Sequence record: SRR31156797_4840
DNA length: 20,000 bases
Strand: one strand, 5' to 3'
Shown here: one piece after another, positions 1 to 8,767 of the stretch
Position numbering within the stretch: the first letter of the stretch is position 1
Layout of the letters: each line of letters begins with the position of its first letter
Program-made: the position numbers and the translations under genes
Notes under the pieces: generated by a model
Databases searched by the model: none
What the model saw: only the letters and a program-made list of their open reading frames with translations
What the model was told of the DNA's origin: nothing

Positions 1-2
1 AC

Positions 3-557
3 AATATTGCCCATCTTTCGAAATCACTTGTATCATTGTTGCATGCCACGATGTATAAGGGACAAGACTTGATTCCTTTGTCTGAAGAAGTAGCCCATGT
101 CAAAAGCTATGTGTCCATCCAAAAAGTTGCCTATATTGATAGCTTTGATGTTCATTGGGCGCTTGATCCAGCGATTTTATCTTGCCGTATCCTCCGATTT
201 ATTTTGCAGCCCATTGTTGAAAATAGCATTTTGCACAATTTTGTTGGAACGAATAGCGAAAAAGGGCAAATAAAAATAAGTGGAGAAAAAAGGGGAGATA
301 AGCTTTGTTTAATGGTTGAAGATAATGGTAATGGACTAACAGAAGAAGCGATAAAACAGATAAACGATCGAGAAAAAAGCAATGGAAAACACTATTCGAA
401 AATTGGTATCCATAATATCGATAAACGAATCAAGCTTTACTATGGTCCAGACTATGGTATCACATATGAAACAGAGTTAGAGGTTTATACCAGGGTCATT
501 ATTGAGCTTCCTATGATTGGAGAAAACGACGATGAAGAAAATAGCCCTCTTGGATGA
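3..557 (+). CDS. YesM-like sensor histidine kinase, C-terminal part (5'-truncated by the window edge)
   Basis: Frame is open from position 3. It carries His_kinase/HATPase_c motifs EE..HVKSYVSIQK, ILQPIVENSILH, VEDNGNG and IGIHNIDKRIKLYYG, and overlaps the start of the downstream response regulator. Confidence 0.92.
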   Translation, partial: NIAHLSKSLVSLLHATMYKGQDLIPLSEEVAHVKSYVSIQKVAYIDSFDVHWALDPAILSCRILRFILQPIVENSILHNFVGTNSEKGQIKISGEKRGDKLCLMVEDNGNGLTEEAIKQINDREKSNGKHYSKIGIHNIDKRIKLYYGPDYGITYETELEVYTRVIIELPMIGENDDEENSPLG

Positions 558-2082
558 CGAGTTGATTTCACGCAACAAAATAAGTACTATTTTACAAAAT
601 TTCCCTCAATTTGAAATTGTGCTCAGTACGGCAAATCCTTACGAATTGTTAAATTATTTGGAGATTTATTCTGTAGATCTCATTTTTTTAGACATGAATA
701 TGCCAATTATGAATGGTTTAGCCTTTTTAGAACAATTGGAACTGATCGATCGCACGACTAAAGTGATCGTGATGAGTGGCTATGCCGACTTTAATTATGC
801 GAGTGGTAGCATGAAATATGGGGTCGTTGACTATCTTTTGAAACATGAATTGAGCGAGGAAGTGATTTCGGAAGCGCTGAAAAAAATCAATTTTTTTACA
901 AACAAGCCTATCGCTGCGCCTGCTTACGAAACACCCTCTCTACGTGACTTTTTTCATGGAAATACAAGTTTCTTGATGCAACAGTATCCGCATTTTGTAA
1001 CTGAAAAAATGGTAGGACTTGTTATGATACCTATCTCTATCAGCAAAAATGTTTGGGACAAAGAAAAGTATAAACGAAAAGTGAGCGCTGTTTTAGAGCA
1101 ATTGATTTTAGACACAAAGAATGAAACCATAGAAATGCTCTCTTTTGTGACTGATGATGGGAAGCTTTTTATGCTCTACTCGTTTGCAAAAATCAAGTCC
1201 TATAAAGCGATCAATGATTACTTGGAAACGATCAAAAACAAGTGCTACCATGCTGCCAAGCGCTTACTAGATGTTGAACTTTTTCTCCTGCGATCCCCAG
1301 TAAGCAATCGACTGTCGGAGGTATTAGAACTATTTAAGAGCGATGAACGAATCTCAGATTTACTCTTTTTTTCACGTCCGAATGAGTTGCTGCATTTTTC
1401 AAGCCAAGAATGCAGCAAAAACGTCTTTCAACAGCATGAGATCGCTTTGTATCTGAAAAAAATCTATTTTTATACCAAATACATCGAACCAGAGAATATC
1501 GGATATTATAGTAAAAAACTGTTTGAGTATATAAGAGAAAAACGGGTCGCACGTTCGCTGGCTTTAGAATTAATTGCACAAATCGATTTTCAAATCAGTT
1601 TAGCGATGAGTAATAGCTTTAGACAACCGATGGAAACGATGATTCAAATCAATTATTATCAACAGTTCGATACGTTACTAAGAATCGAAGCAGATTTTTT
1701 TGAAGCCATCTCATTAAGTGTAAAAAATTTCCAAAAAGAAGTCTTTAAGCCTGTTGACGAGCCGGTAAAAAAATGTATTCTTTATCTTCATCAACACTTC
1801 AAAGAACCGATAAGCTTGCAGACCTGCGCCGAAGCGATTGATTTAAATTATTCCTATTTAAGTAGGGTGTTTAAGCAGCAATGGGGACAGTCTTTTTCAA
1901 AATACTTGTCTGAGTTGCGGATCGATTATGCAAAACTATTGTTGAGTACCTCGTCTTGTAGTGTCAATGAAGTCGCAAGGCAAAGCGGATTTGCGAACTA
2001 TAATTATTTTTTCCGTGTTTTTAAAGAACGAGTAGGAGTCTCTCCATATCAGTTTAACCGCAACATTATGGACTATGAATGA
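532..2082 (+). CDS. YesN-like response regulator (N-terminal receiver domain, C-terminal AraC HTH)
   Basis: MKKIALLDDE...LIFLDMNMP receiver motifs; C-terminal ISLQTCAEAIDLNYSYLSRVFK...VARQSGFANYNYFFRVFKERVGVSP AraC signature. ATG at 532 follows GGAG. Confidence 0.93.
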   Translation: MKKIALLDDELISRNKISTILQNFPQFEIVLSTANPYELLNYLEIYSVDLIFLDMNMPIMNGLAFLEQLELIDRTTKVIVMSGYADFNYASGSMKYGVVDYLLKHELSEEVISEALKKINFFTNKPIAAPAYETPSLRDFFHGNTSFLMQQYPHFVTEKMVGLVMIPISISKNVWDKEKYKRKVSAVLEQLILDTKNETIEMLSFVTDDGKLFMLYSFAKIKSYKAINDYLETIKNKCYHAAKRLLDVELFLLRSPVSNRLSEVLELFKSDERISDLLFFSRPNELLHFSSQECSKNVFQQHEIALYLKKIYFYTKYIEPENIGYYSKKLFEYIREKRVARSLALELIAQIDFQISLAMSNSFRQPMETMIQINYYQQFDTLLRIEADFFEAISLSVKNFQKEVFKPVDEPVKKCILYLHQHFKEPISLQTCAEAIDLNYSYLSRVFKQQWGQSFSKYLSELRIDYAKLLLSTSSCSVNEVARQSGFANYNYFFRVFKERVGVSPYQFNRNIMDYE

Positions 2083-2143
2083 GGAGAATCATGTAAAAAT
2101 GGTTGGCGAGTAAAAAAAAGAGAGTAGAAGTAAAAATTGTTAA

Positions 2144-2173
2144 TAAAAGCGTTTTCATTTTCGGCGTTATACT
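2144..2173 (+). promoter_or_regulatory. cre (CcpA) site over the -35 region, plus -10 box, of the ABC operon promoter
   Basis: TAAAAGCGTTTTCA at 2144-2157 (reverse complement TGAAAACGCTTTTA, close to the cre consensus) and TATACT at 2168-2173. No good -35, consistent with activator dependence. Confidence 0.65.
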
Positions 2174-2203
2174 TAGTGTAACAAGAGTGAAAGGGATGAG
2201 AAA

Positions 2204-3790
2204 ATGAAAAAATTAGGTTTGGTGTTTTGTTCCGCAGCATTGATCGGATTGTTCTCTGGATGCGGGGGAGGTTCTTCAAGTGAGGGAGATGGAGAATCGT
2301 CAAGCAATCAGTTAAATGTGTTAGTGGTAAAACATGGTTTGACGCAAAAGAACAAAGATATTGAGTGGTTGAACAAACTAGAAGAAGAACTTGAGCTGAC
2401 AATAAAATGGGAGGAAGTTTCCGCTGATTGGGATCAGAAAAAAGCCCCAATGTTGGCTTCTGGAGATATTCCCGATTTGATTCTAGGACCAAATGTTGTG
2501 ACGGATGCGGAATTTGCGAAGTTTCCTGGCTTGTTCACCGATTTAACTGATCACTTAGATGCCCTGCCAAATGTTCAAAAGATGTTTGAAGAAAAACCAG
2601 AAACAAAAGCACTTGCTACTCAACTGAGTGGAGAGATCTATGGCTTACCAAAATACCAGCGTTTTTGGCCTAAATCTGCTTCTCGTCAATATATCAATCA
2701 AACGTGGCTGGACAATCTTGGGTTAGACGTACCTGAAACATGGGATGAACTATTCGAAGTGTTGGTCGCATTCAAAGAAAACGATGCGAATGGAGATGGG
2801 GATGCTAGCGATGAAATTCCAATGGATTGGAGTCCAGTTGGAACCGGCGGTTTTGGCTATTTCCAACCAATGCAGCTTTTAGCAAGTACGGGTATCGTTG
2901 TTTCTGAAGGAGGAAATACCGGCTACTTTGCTGAAAATGGACAGGTAGGCAACTTCTTTGTTGATGAGCGTTACAAAGAAACAGTGGAATTTTTGAACAA
3001 GTGCTGGGAAGCTGGCTTGATTAATCCTAAGGCTTTTTCTCAAGATTATAGTGCCTATCAGTCCACTGGTAGAGGAGAAGGCGAGACGGCAAAAGTCGGT
3101 TTTACTTGGGGCTGGGAAGCTTCAGACCGATTTGGCAATCAGTTAGCAGATCAATATACATCAATGGCACCATTGATTCAAAAAGCTGGAGTGGAACCGA
3201 CATGGAGCTATGAAACCTCGCTTAATTATGGGGTAAACTTTGCCGTTGTTTCCTCTCAAACCAAAAATATGGACGGAGCCTTAAAATTCGTCAATGCGCT
3301 ATATGATCCAGAAATCGGAATCCAAGCATTGTTTGGGTCATTGGGCACTAACATCGAAAAAGAGGGGGACACTTACCGCGTCTTGCCACCTGCGGATGAA
3401 AATGTCGATCCAGGGACATGGAAGTGGACAACAACTTGGGCGGACAATAGTCCAATGTATATTTCAGACGCTCTTGATGTCGAACTTGGCGCAGATATGA
3501 AAGCGAATGAGGTCCAAGATGAAGTGTTGCATCCTTACGTGGATAAAATCGTTCCTGAAGAACAAGTAGTACCATTCAATCTCTTGAAATTTAGTAATGA
3601 GGATGCCACAACACTAGCAAACAACAATACAACGATCCTCAATGAAGCAATGACAAAATTTGCTAAATGGGTGACAAAAGGCGGCATTGAAGATGAGTGG
3701 GAGCAATATGTCACAACCTTGCAAAATAGCGGCTTAGATCAAAATATCGAGATCGTTCAAAAAGGATTTGATCAATATTACGGGAATTAA
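2204..3790 (+). CDS. Carbohydrate ABC transporter extracellular solute-binding lipoprotein (LplA-like)
   Basis: Signal peptide with lipobox LFSGC; ASGDIPDL, YINQTWLDNLGLDVPETWDEL and DANGDG motifs typical of family 1 oligosaccharide-binding proteins. Confidence 0.93.
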   Translation: MKKLGLVFCSAALIGLFSGCGGGSSSEGDGESSSNQLNVLVVKHGLTQKNKDIEWLNKLEEELELTIKWEEVSADWDQKKAPMLASGDIPDLILGPNVVTDAEFAKFPGLFTDLTDHLDALPNVQKMFEEKPETKALATQLSGEIYGLPKYQRFWPKSASRQYINQTWLDNLGLDVPETWDELFEVLVAFKENDANGDGDASDEIPMDWSPVGTGGFGYFQPMQLLASTGIVVSEGGNTGYFAENGQVGNFFVDERYKETVEFLNKCWEAGLINPKAFSQDYSAYQSTGRGEGETAKVGFTWGWEASDRFGNQLADQYTSMAPLIQKAGVEPTWSYETSLNYGVNFAVVSSQTKNMDGALKFVNALYDPEIGIQALFGSLGTNIEKEGDTYRVLPPADENVDPGTWKWTTTWADNSPMYISDALDVELGADMKANEVQDEVLHPYVDKIVPEEQVVPFNLLKFSNEDATTLANNNTTILNEAMTKFAKWVTKGGIEDEWEQYVTTLQNSGLDQNIEIVQKGFDQYYGN

Positions 3791-3801
3791 GTGAGTGGTG
3801 A

Positions 3802-3860
3802 GGCTGGTCAGAGTTGAGTAAAGCAATCGCAAGTTCATGCTTGAATAACAAAGACCAGCC
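3802..3860 (+). other. Intergenic stem-loop after the solute-binding gene (probable mRNA stabiliser or partial terminator)
   Basis: GGCTGGTC (3802-3809) pairs with GACCAGCC (3853-3860); no strong U tract follows. Confidence 0.5.
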
Positions 3861-3892
3861 ATTTACCTAAATCTATCAAAGGAGTGAAGATC

Positions 3893-4816
3893 ATGGACAC
3901 AGTTCTCGTGAAAAAAAATAATCGGTTACTTTCTCATTTCAGTCGACAATGGCAGCTATGGTTGATGGTTTTACCGGCATTAGCGATCATTTTGGTTTTT
4001 AATTACATACCAATGTATGGTATCCAACTAGCATTTCGGGAATTCGATTTTACGAAGGGACTCACTGGTGGCGAATTTGTCGGTTTCAAGTATTTCCAAC
4101 AATTTTTCGAAAGCCCGATGTTCCAAACCGTGATAGTCAATACGTTGCGGATCAGTGTGACAACGCTGATTTTTGGGTTCATTGCTCCCATTTTATTGGC
4201 ATTGATCATCAATCAAATCAGAAACCCTAAAAGAAAAAAAGTCATGCAAACTGCGGTTTATTTACCTCACTTCATTTCTACGGTCGTGATGGTAGGGATA
4301 TTGCAAGTCTTTCTTTCACCAGAAACAGGTGTTTTAGTCAACCTCTTGAACTTGGATTCTTCTGTCAACTTAATGGGGAGCGACAGTACGTTCGTGCCCG
4401 TCTATGTCATTTCTGAGGTTTGGCAGCACTGTGGCTGGAACAGCATTATTTACTTAGCGGCACTTTCGAGTATCGATACGCAACTCTATGAATCAGCAGA
4501 TATCGATGGCGCCAATCGTTTTCAAAAAATCCTCCATGTTGATATACCAGCATTAGTGCCAACGATGGTTATTTTGTTGATTATGAATATGGGTGGGGTT
4601 TTAAATGCTGGCTTTGAGAAGATTTTCCTGATGCAAAATAGTTTGAATTTGAGCGTCTCAGAAGTCATTTCTACGTATGTGTATAAAATTGGGATCTTAA
4701 ACAGTCAATTTAGTTATTCAACAGCGATCGGGCTATTCAATAACATCATTAATTTTCTCTTTTTAGTTTTAGCAAATGGTCTTTCGAAAAAATACACGAA
4801 CCGTAGTTTATGGTAA
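3893..4816 (+). CDS. Carbohydrate ABC transporter permease (LplB-like)
   Basis: Hydrophobic protein with YLPHFISTVV and EAA loop LYESADIDGANRFQ. ATG 3893 is preferred over GTG 3884 because SD AAGGAG lies at 3879-3884. Confidence 0.93.
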   Translation: MDTVLVKKNNRLLSHFSRQWQLWLMVLPALAIILVFNYIPMYGIQLAFREFDFTKGLTGGEFVGFKYFQQFFESPMFQTVIVNTLRISVTTLIFGFIAPILLALIINQIRNPKRKKVMQTAVYLPHFISTVVMVGILQVFLSPETGVLVNLLNLDSSVNLMGSDSTFVPVYVISEVWQHCGWNSIIYLAALSSIDTQLYESADIDGANRFQKILHVDIPALVPTMVILLIMNMGGVLNAGFEKIFLMQNSLNLSVSEVISTYVYKIGILNSQFSYSTAIGLFNNIINFLFLVLANGLSKKYTNRSLW

Positions 4817-4828
4817 AGGGGTGGCTAT

Positions 4829-5722
4829 ATGAATCTATCACTAACAAACAAACCTAAATCAGATCTTCTTTTTAACCTAGCGATCATCATACTTTGCTTG
4901 AGTATCTTTTTGATTGTCGTCTATCCGCTCTTTTTTGTCGTCATCGCTTCAATTAGTGATTCCAACATGGTTTCTAAAGGATTAGTCACGCTCTTTCCTA
5001 GGAATATCAGCTTTTTTGGTTTTGAAAAAATTTTACAAGATGCTAGGATCTGGACGGGCTATCGCAATACCTTGATTTATACGTTAGGAGGAACGGCGGT
5101 CAATTTAATTTTTACTTTACCCGCAGCTTTTGCCTTATCAAGAAAGGAATTTAAACCTCGAAAACTTTTGATGTTTCTCTTTACCTTTACGATGTTTTTC
5201 AATGGTGGCTTGATCCCTACGTATTTACTTTATCGAGATGTGGGGTTGATCGATAGTATGTGGGTCTTTATTATTCCCTCGGCAGTCAATGTCTATAATT
5301 TGATCATTGCAAGAAGCTTTTTTGAGACAAGCATTCCGGATAGTCTCTATGAAGCAGCCGCTCTAGATGGTTGCTCCTATGCAAAATTTTTTGTTACTGT
5401 AGCACTACCGCTATCCAAAGCAGTCATTTCTGTGGTGGGTCTTTACTATTTGGTCCAACATTGGAACGATTTCTTTACAGGACTCGTATTTATTCGCGAC
5501 TACGAAAAACAACCTTTACAGATCGTTCTGCGAGATATTTTACTATCAAATCAAGCATCTGCAGGTGGTGCGGGCGCTTTGGGTGATGGCTACGGACAAC
5601 AATATGCAGATCAGATCAAATATGGCGCCATCATTGTTTCGACCTTACCGATTTTGGTGATCTATCCTTTCCTACAGAAATACTTTGATAAAGGAGTCAT
5701 GATTGGTGCAATGAAAGGGTGA
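4829..5722 (+). CDS. Carbohydrate ABC transporter permease (LplC/YtcP-like)
   Basis: TMFFNGGLIPTY, EAA loop LYEAAALDGCS and C-terminal YPFLQKYFDKGVMIGAMKG. Confidence 0.93.
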   Translation: MNLSLTNKPKSDLLFNLAIIILCLSIFLIVVYPLFFVVIASISDSNMVSKGLVTLFPRNISFFGFEKILQDARIWTGYRNTLIYTLGGTAVNLIFTLPAAFALSRKEFKPRKLLMFLFTFTMFFNGGLIPTYLLYRDVGLIDSMWVFIIPSAVNVYNLIIARSFFETSIPDSLYEAAALDGCSYAKFFVTVALPLSKAVISVVGLYYLVQHWNDFFTGLVFIRDYEKQPLQIVLRDILLSNQASAGGAGALGDGYGQQYADQIKYGAIIVSTLPILVIYPFLQKYFDKGVMIGAMKG

Positions 5723-5726
5723 GTAC

Positions 5727-6359
5727 ATGAATAAGCTAGTCGATTTACATGTGAGCATTGGGAAAAAAGGCTTACTGTTATTTCTGTTGCATTGCTATTG
5801 GCTGCTGTTTACCTTATTCGGCTTAGTTCTTTTCGGACTATTGCCAGCAACCAATGCGGTTTACGAACTTTGCAATGATGAAAAATATCAAGAAGCAAAT
5901 GCGATAAAATTGTTTCAGTCCTTTGCAAAAAGCTTTCGAAAAAACTTTTGGAGAATGAATCGATTAGGACTCTTTATCCTTCCTTTAATAGCCCTTTTTT
6001 CGATTGACTTGATGCTAATGAGACACTATGTCTTTACCGAAGCCGATACAACCGTTTATTTGTTGATCCAACTTCTGATAGTGATTAGTCTCCTTTTTTT
6101 AGCCAATCTCTTTTGGTTTTTTCAACACGAACGAGCTTGGAAACCCATGCTTAAAAAAAGTTTGATTCTAATGCTTGGCAAACCTGGATTGACCGGTCAA
6201 ATTTTCGTCCTTATGGTCGGGATCAGCTGTTGCTACTACCTACTACCGGGTTTATTCTTCGTATTTGGTGTTACACCGCTGGTTTATTTTCAACTTAATT
6301 TGTTTAAACAAAAAGATGCGTATGTCTTTTTACCTGAAAAAAAGCATACGACTGTCTAA
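5727..6359 (+). CDS. YesL/DUF624 family membrane protein
   Basis: WLLFTLFGLVLFGLLPATNA and F..F.K.FRKNFWRMN motifs; several TM segments; typical position in Firmicute sugar ABC clusters. Confidence 0.8.
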   Translation: MNKLVDLHVSIGKKGLLLFLLHCYWLLFTLFGLVLFGLLPATNAVYELCNDEKYQEANAIKLFQSFAKSFRKNFWRMNRLGLFILPLIALFSIDLMLMRHYVFTEADTTVYLLIQLLIVISLLFLANLFWFFQHERAWKPMLKKSLILMLGKPGLTGQIFVLMVGISCCYYLLPGLFFVFGVTPLVYFQLNLFKQKDAYVFLPEKKHTTV

Positions 6360-6408
6360 GCTCGTACATTTACCATAAAATCTCAAAATAAAAGAATAGG
6401 AGAACGAA

Positions 6409-8349
6409 ATGAAAGAATTCGCATTAAACAAGATCCAGCTCACGGACGAGTTTTGGCAAGGATACCAAGAGCTTGTTCGCAAAGAAACGATTCCTTACCA
6501 ATACCAAGTCCTAAATGATGAAATCGATGTAGATGTTCAAGCAGAACGGGAAGATCCGAATTTGCCAGCTGGGAAAAGCCATGCCTTGGCGAATTTTCGC
6601 ATCGCTGCAGGGCAAATGGAAGGGGAACATTTTGGCTGGTTTTTCCAAGATAGTGATGTCTACAAATGGATCGAGTCGGCTGGGTATAGCTTGTTGAATA
6701 CTAGCGATCCGCAATTGGAAAAGACAGTAGATGAAGTGATTGACTTAGTTGCTGCTGCGCAAGAAGCGGACGGCTACTTAAATACCTTCTTTCAATTGAC
6801 CCGACCGAAGTTAAAATACCGTCAGCTGTATTTCAGTCATGAACTTTATTGTGCCGGGCATCTAGTCGAAGCGGCTATCGCTTATGATCAAGCAACAGGC
6901 AAGGATAAATTACTGACCGTGGCAGAGAAAAATATCGCCAATATTTGCACGTATTTTGGGCGGGAGCCTGGAAAAATTCAAGGTGCTGATGGCCATCAAG
7001 AGATCGAATTGGCACTGGTGCGTTTGTATGAATACACTGGTAAACAAACCTATTTGACATTAGCTGATTTCTTTCTTGAAGTACGTGGGGAAGATCCTGC
7101 CTTTTACGAAAAAGAAATCTTGAAAAACCAAGCGGATGGCTTATCAGATGAAACACCAAGGGTAGACCTCACCTATTTACAAGCCTACGATCAACCTAAA
7201 AAGCAGCATGAAGCCAAAGGTCATGCGGTACGAATGCTGTATATGGCAAGCGGTATGGCAAAAGTCGCCCAGCATACCCAAGATCAAGCATTAATCGACG
7301 CTTGCGAAGCGATTTGGGAAGACATCGCCTGTAAGAAAATGTATGTGACCGGTGGCGTCGGCTCAACCGTTCACGGGGAAGCCTTTGTCGGTCCCTATGA
7401 TTTGCCAAATGATACGATGTATTGTGAAACCTGTGCAGCTATTGCATTGGTCCAATTTTCTTTTGAGCTGTTCAAACTAACCAATGAACCAAAATATTTA
7501 GCGACGATGGAACGAGCGTTGTATAATAGCGTCCTTTCTGGTGCGGCAATTGACGGTAAACACTTTTTCTACGTGAATCCTTTGGAGGTCAATCCCCAAC
7601 GAGATCAAGAAAATCCTGGCAAAGGTCACGTCAAAGCCCAACGACCCGATTGGCTCGGTTGTGCGTGTTGTCCGCCCAATTTTGCACGGATGGTCGCTTC
7701 GCTGCAGCGCTTGGTTTATACCTGCGATCAAGAGAAGCTTTACGTGAATTTATTTGTAGCAAGCCGTTTAGAAGAACCTGATCAATTTACGTTTGAACAA
7801 ACGGGCGGGTTTCCTTTTACAGAGGACCTCACGATTCGCTATCAAGGCATTCCAAAGACGCTCATCATCCACAAACCTAACGGACTAAGTAAGTTTCAAA
7901 TCGATAGTGAACACGAATGGCAGGAGACGAACGAGGCAATCATCTTTGAGGCAGTCGAAAACGTGACGGCCAATATCCGTTTTGAACAACCATTGCAAAT
8001 CTTGCGTGCGAATCCTCAGGTTATTCAAGCTATCAATCAAGTCGCATTGCAACGAGGACCCTTCGTGTATTGCATAGAAGAAGCCGACAATGGTCAAGCA
8101 CTCTGGCGTTGCCGCATCGACCCACAAGCGCTGGAGGCGATCTTTGCGAAAGAGGATACGTTGTTGCCAACTACTTTACGTTTGGCGATCAAAGGCTACC
8201 AAAGCGAAGAATGGTCGGGAACAACCCTTTACGAAGAACGAGCGGAAACGGTCATACCTCGTACGTGGCAACTGATCCCATACCATTTATGGGGCAATCG
8301 GGGCATAGGCGAAATGCGCGTTTGGCTGCCGCTCGTTGGAAAGGAGTAA
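6409..8349 (+). CDS. GH127 glycoside hydrolase (HypBA1-like beta-L-arabinofuranosidase), cytoplasmic
   Basis: FQDSDVYKW, HELYCAGH, GHQEIELAL, GHAVRMLY, HGEAF, YCETCAA, CACCPPN and LIPYHLWGNRG.GEMRVW motifs. The Zn-binding/catalytic Glu and Cys residues are present; no signal peptide. Confidence 0.93.
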   Translation: MKEFALNKIQLTDEFWQGYQELVRKETIPYQYQVLNDEIDVDVQAEREDPNLPAGKSHALANFRIAAGQMEGEHFGWFFQDSDVYKWIESAGYSLLNTSDPQLEKTVDEVIDLVAAAQEADGYLNTFFQLTRPKLKYRQLYFSHELYCAGHLVEAAIAYDQATGKDKLLTVAEKNIANICTYFGREPGKIQGADGHQEIELALVRLYEYTGKQTYLTLADFFLEVRGEDPAFYEKEILKNQADGLSDETPRVDLTYLQAYDQPKKQHEAKGHAVRMLYMASGMAKVAQHTQDQALIDACEAIWEDIACKKMYVTGGVGSTVHGEAFVGPYDLPNDTMYCETCAAIALVQFSFELFKLTNEPKYLATMERALYNSVLSGAAIDGKHFFYVNPLEVNPQRDQENPGKGHVKAQRPDWLGCACCPPNFARMVASLQRLVYTCDQEKLYVNLFVASRLEEPDQFTFEQTGGFPFTEDLTIRYQGIPKTLIIHKPNGLSKFQIDSEHEWQETNEAIIFEAVENVTANIRFEQPLQILRANPQVIQAINQVALQRGPFVYCIEEADNGQALWRCRIDPQALEAIFAKEDTLLPTTLRLAIKGYQSEEWSGTTLYEERAETVIPRTWQLIPYHLWGNRGIGEMRVWLPLVGKE

Positions 8350-8365
8350 GAAGTAAGCATGGCCA

Positions 8366-8398
8366 AAGAGCTTCCCTAAAAGGAGGCTCTTTTTTTCT
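8366..8398 (+). terminator. Rho-independent terminator after GH127 (copy 1 of a direct repeat)
   Basis: AAGAGCTTCC-CTAAAA-GGAGGCTCTT followed by a T run. Confidence 0.85.
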
Positions 8399-8430
8399 AT
8401 GTAAAAATAACGGGAAAAGTTCGCTGTATA

Positions 8431-8478
8431 TGAGTACGTTATTGTATTTTTGATGTACTCAATCAGGTACGCTATAAT
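8431..8478 (+). promoter_or_regulatory. Sigma-A promoter and probable autoregulatory operator of the TA operon
   Basis: TTGATG (8450-8455)-17 bp-TATAAT (8473-8478). GTAC cores at 8434, 8455 and 8467; inverted repeat TGAGTAC (8431-8437)/GTACTCA (8455-8461). Confidence 0.8.
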
Positions 8479-8503
8479 TATATCAAGAAAAGGAGGAGTG
8501 GCA

Positions 8504-8767
8504 ATGGCTAATACAACGATGAATCCTAGCACTGCTCGTAAAAATTTTTATCAGTTATTGAAAGATATAAATGAAAACCATACTGAAATTGAGATTATTA
8601 GTGATCGTAGTGGAAACAATGCGGTGTTGATTGGGCTAGAAGACTGGAGAGCGATTCAAGAAACCCTTTTTCTTGAGCAAACAGGTACTCTAGAAAAGGT
8701 ACGAGACCGCGAAAAAGACGACAGTGGCTTTACGGATATCGATGATATTGATTGGCAAGCTCTTTGA
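8504..8767 (+). CDS. Phd/YefM (Axe-like) type II antitoxin, 87 aa
   Basis: SD AGGAGG at 8491-8496; NPSTARKNFYQLLKDINE...NAVLIGLEDWRAIQETLFL is a YefM-family pattern; acidic C-terminus; stop overlaps the toxin ATG (TGATG). Confidence 0.92.
   Translation: MANTTMNPSTARKNFYQLLKDINENHTEIEIISDRSGNNAVLIGLEDWRAIQETLFLEQTGTLEKVRDREKDDSGFTDIDDIDWQAL

Noticed and set aside
8450-8503. N-terminal extension of the antitoxin in the ORF track
   Set aside because: It overlaps the -35/-10 promoter; the strong SD places the start at 8504.
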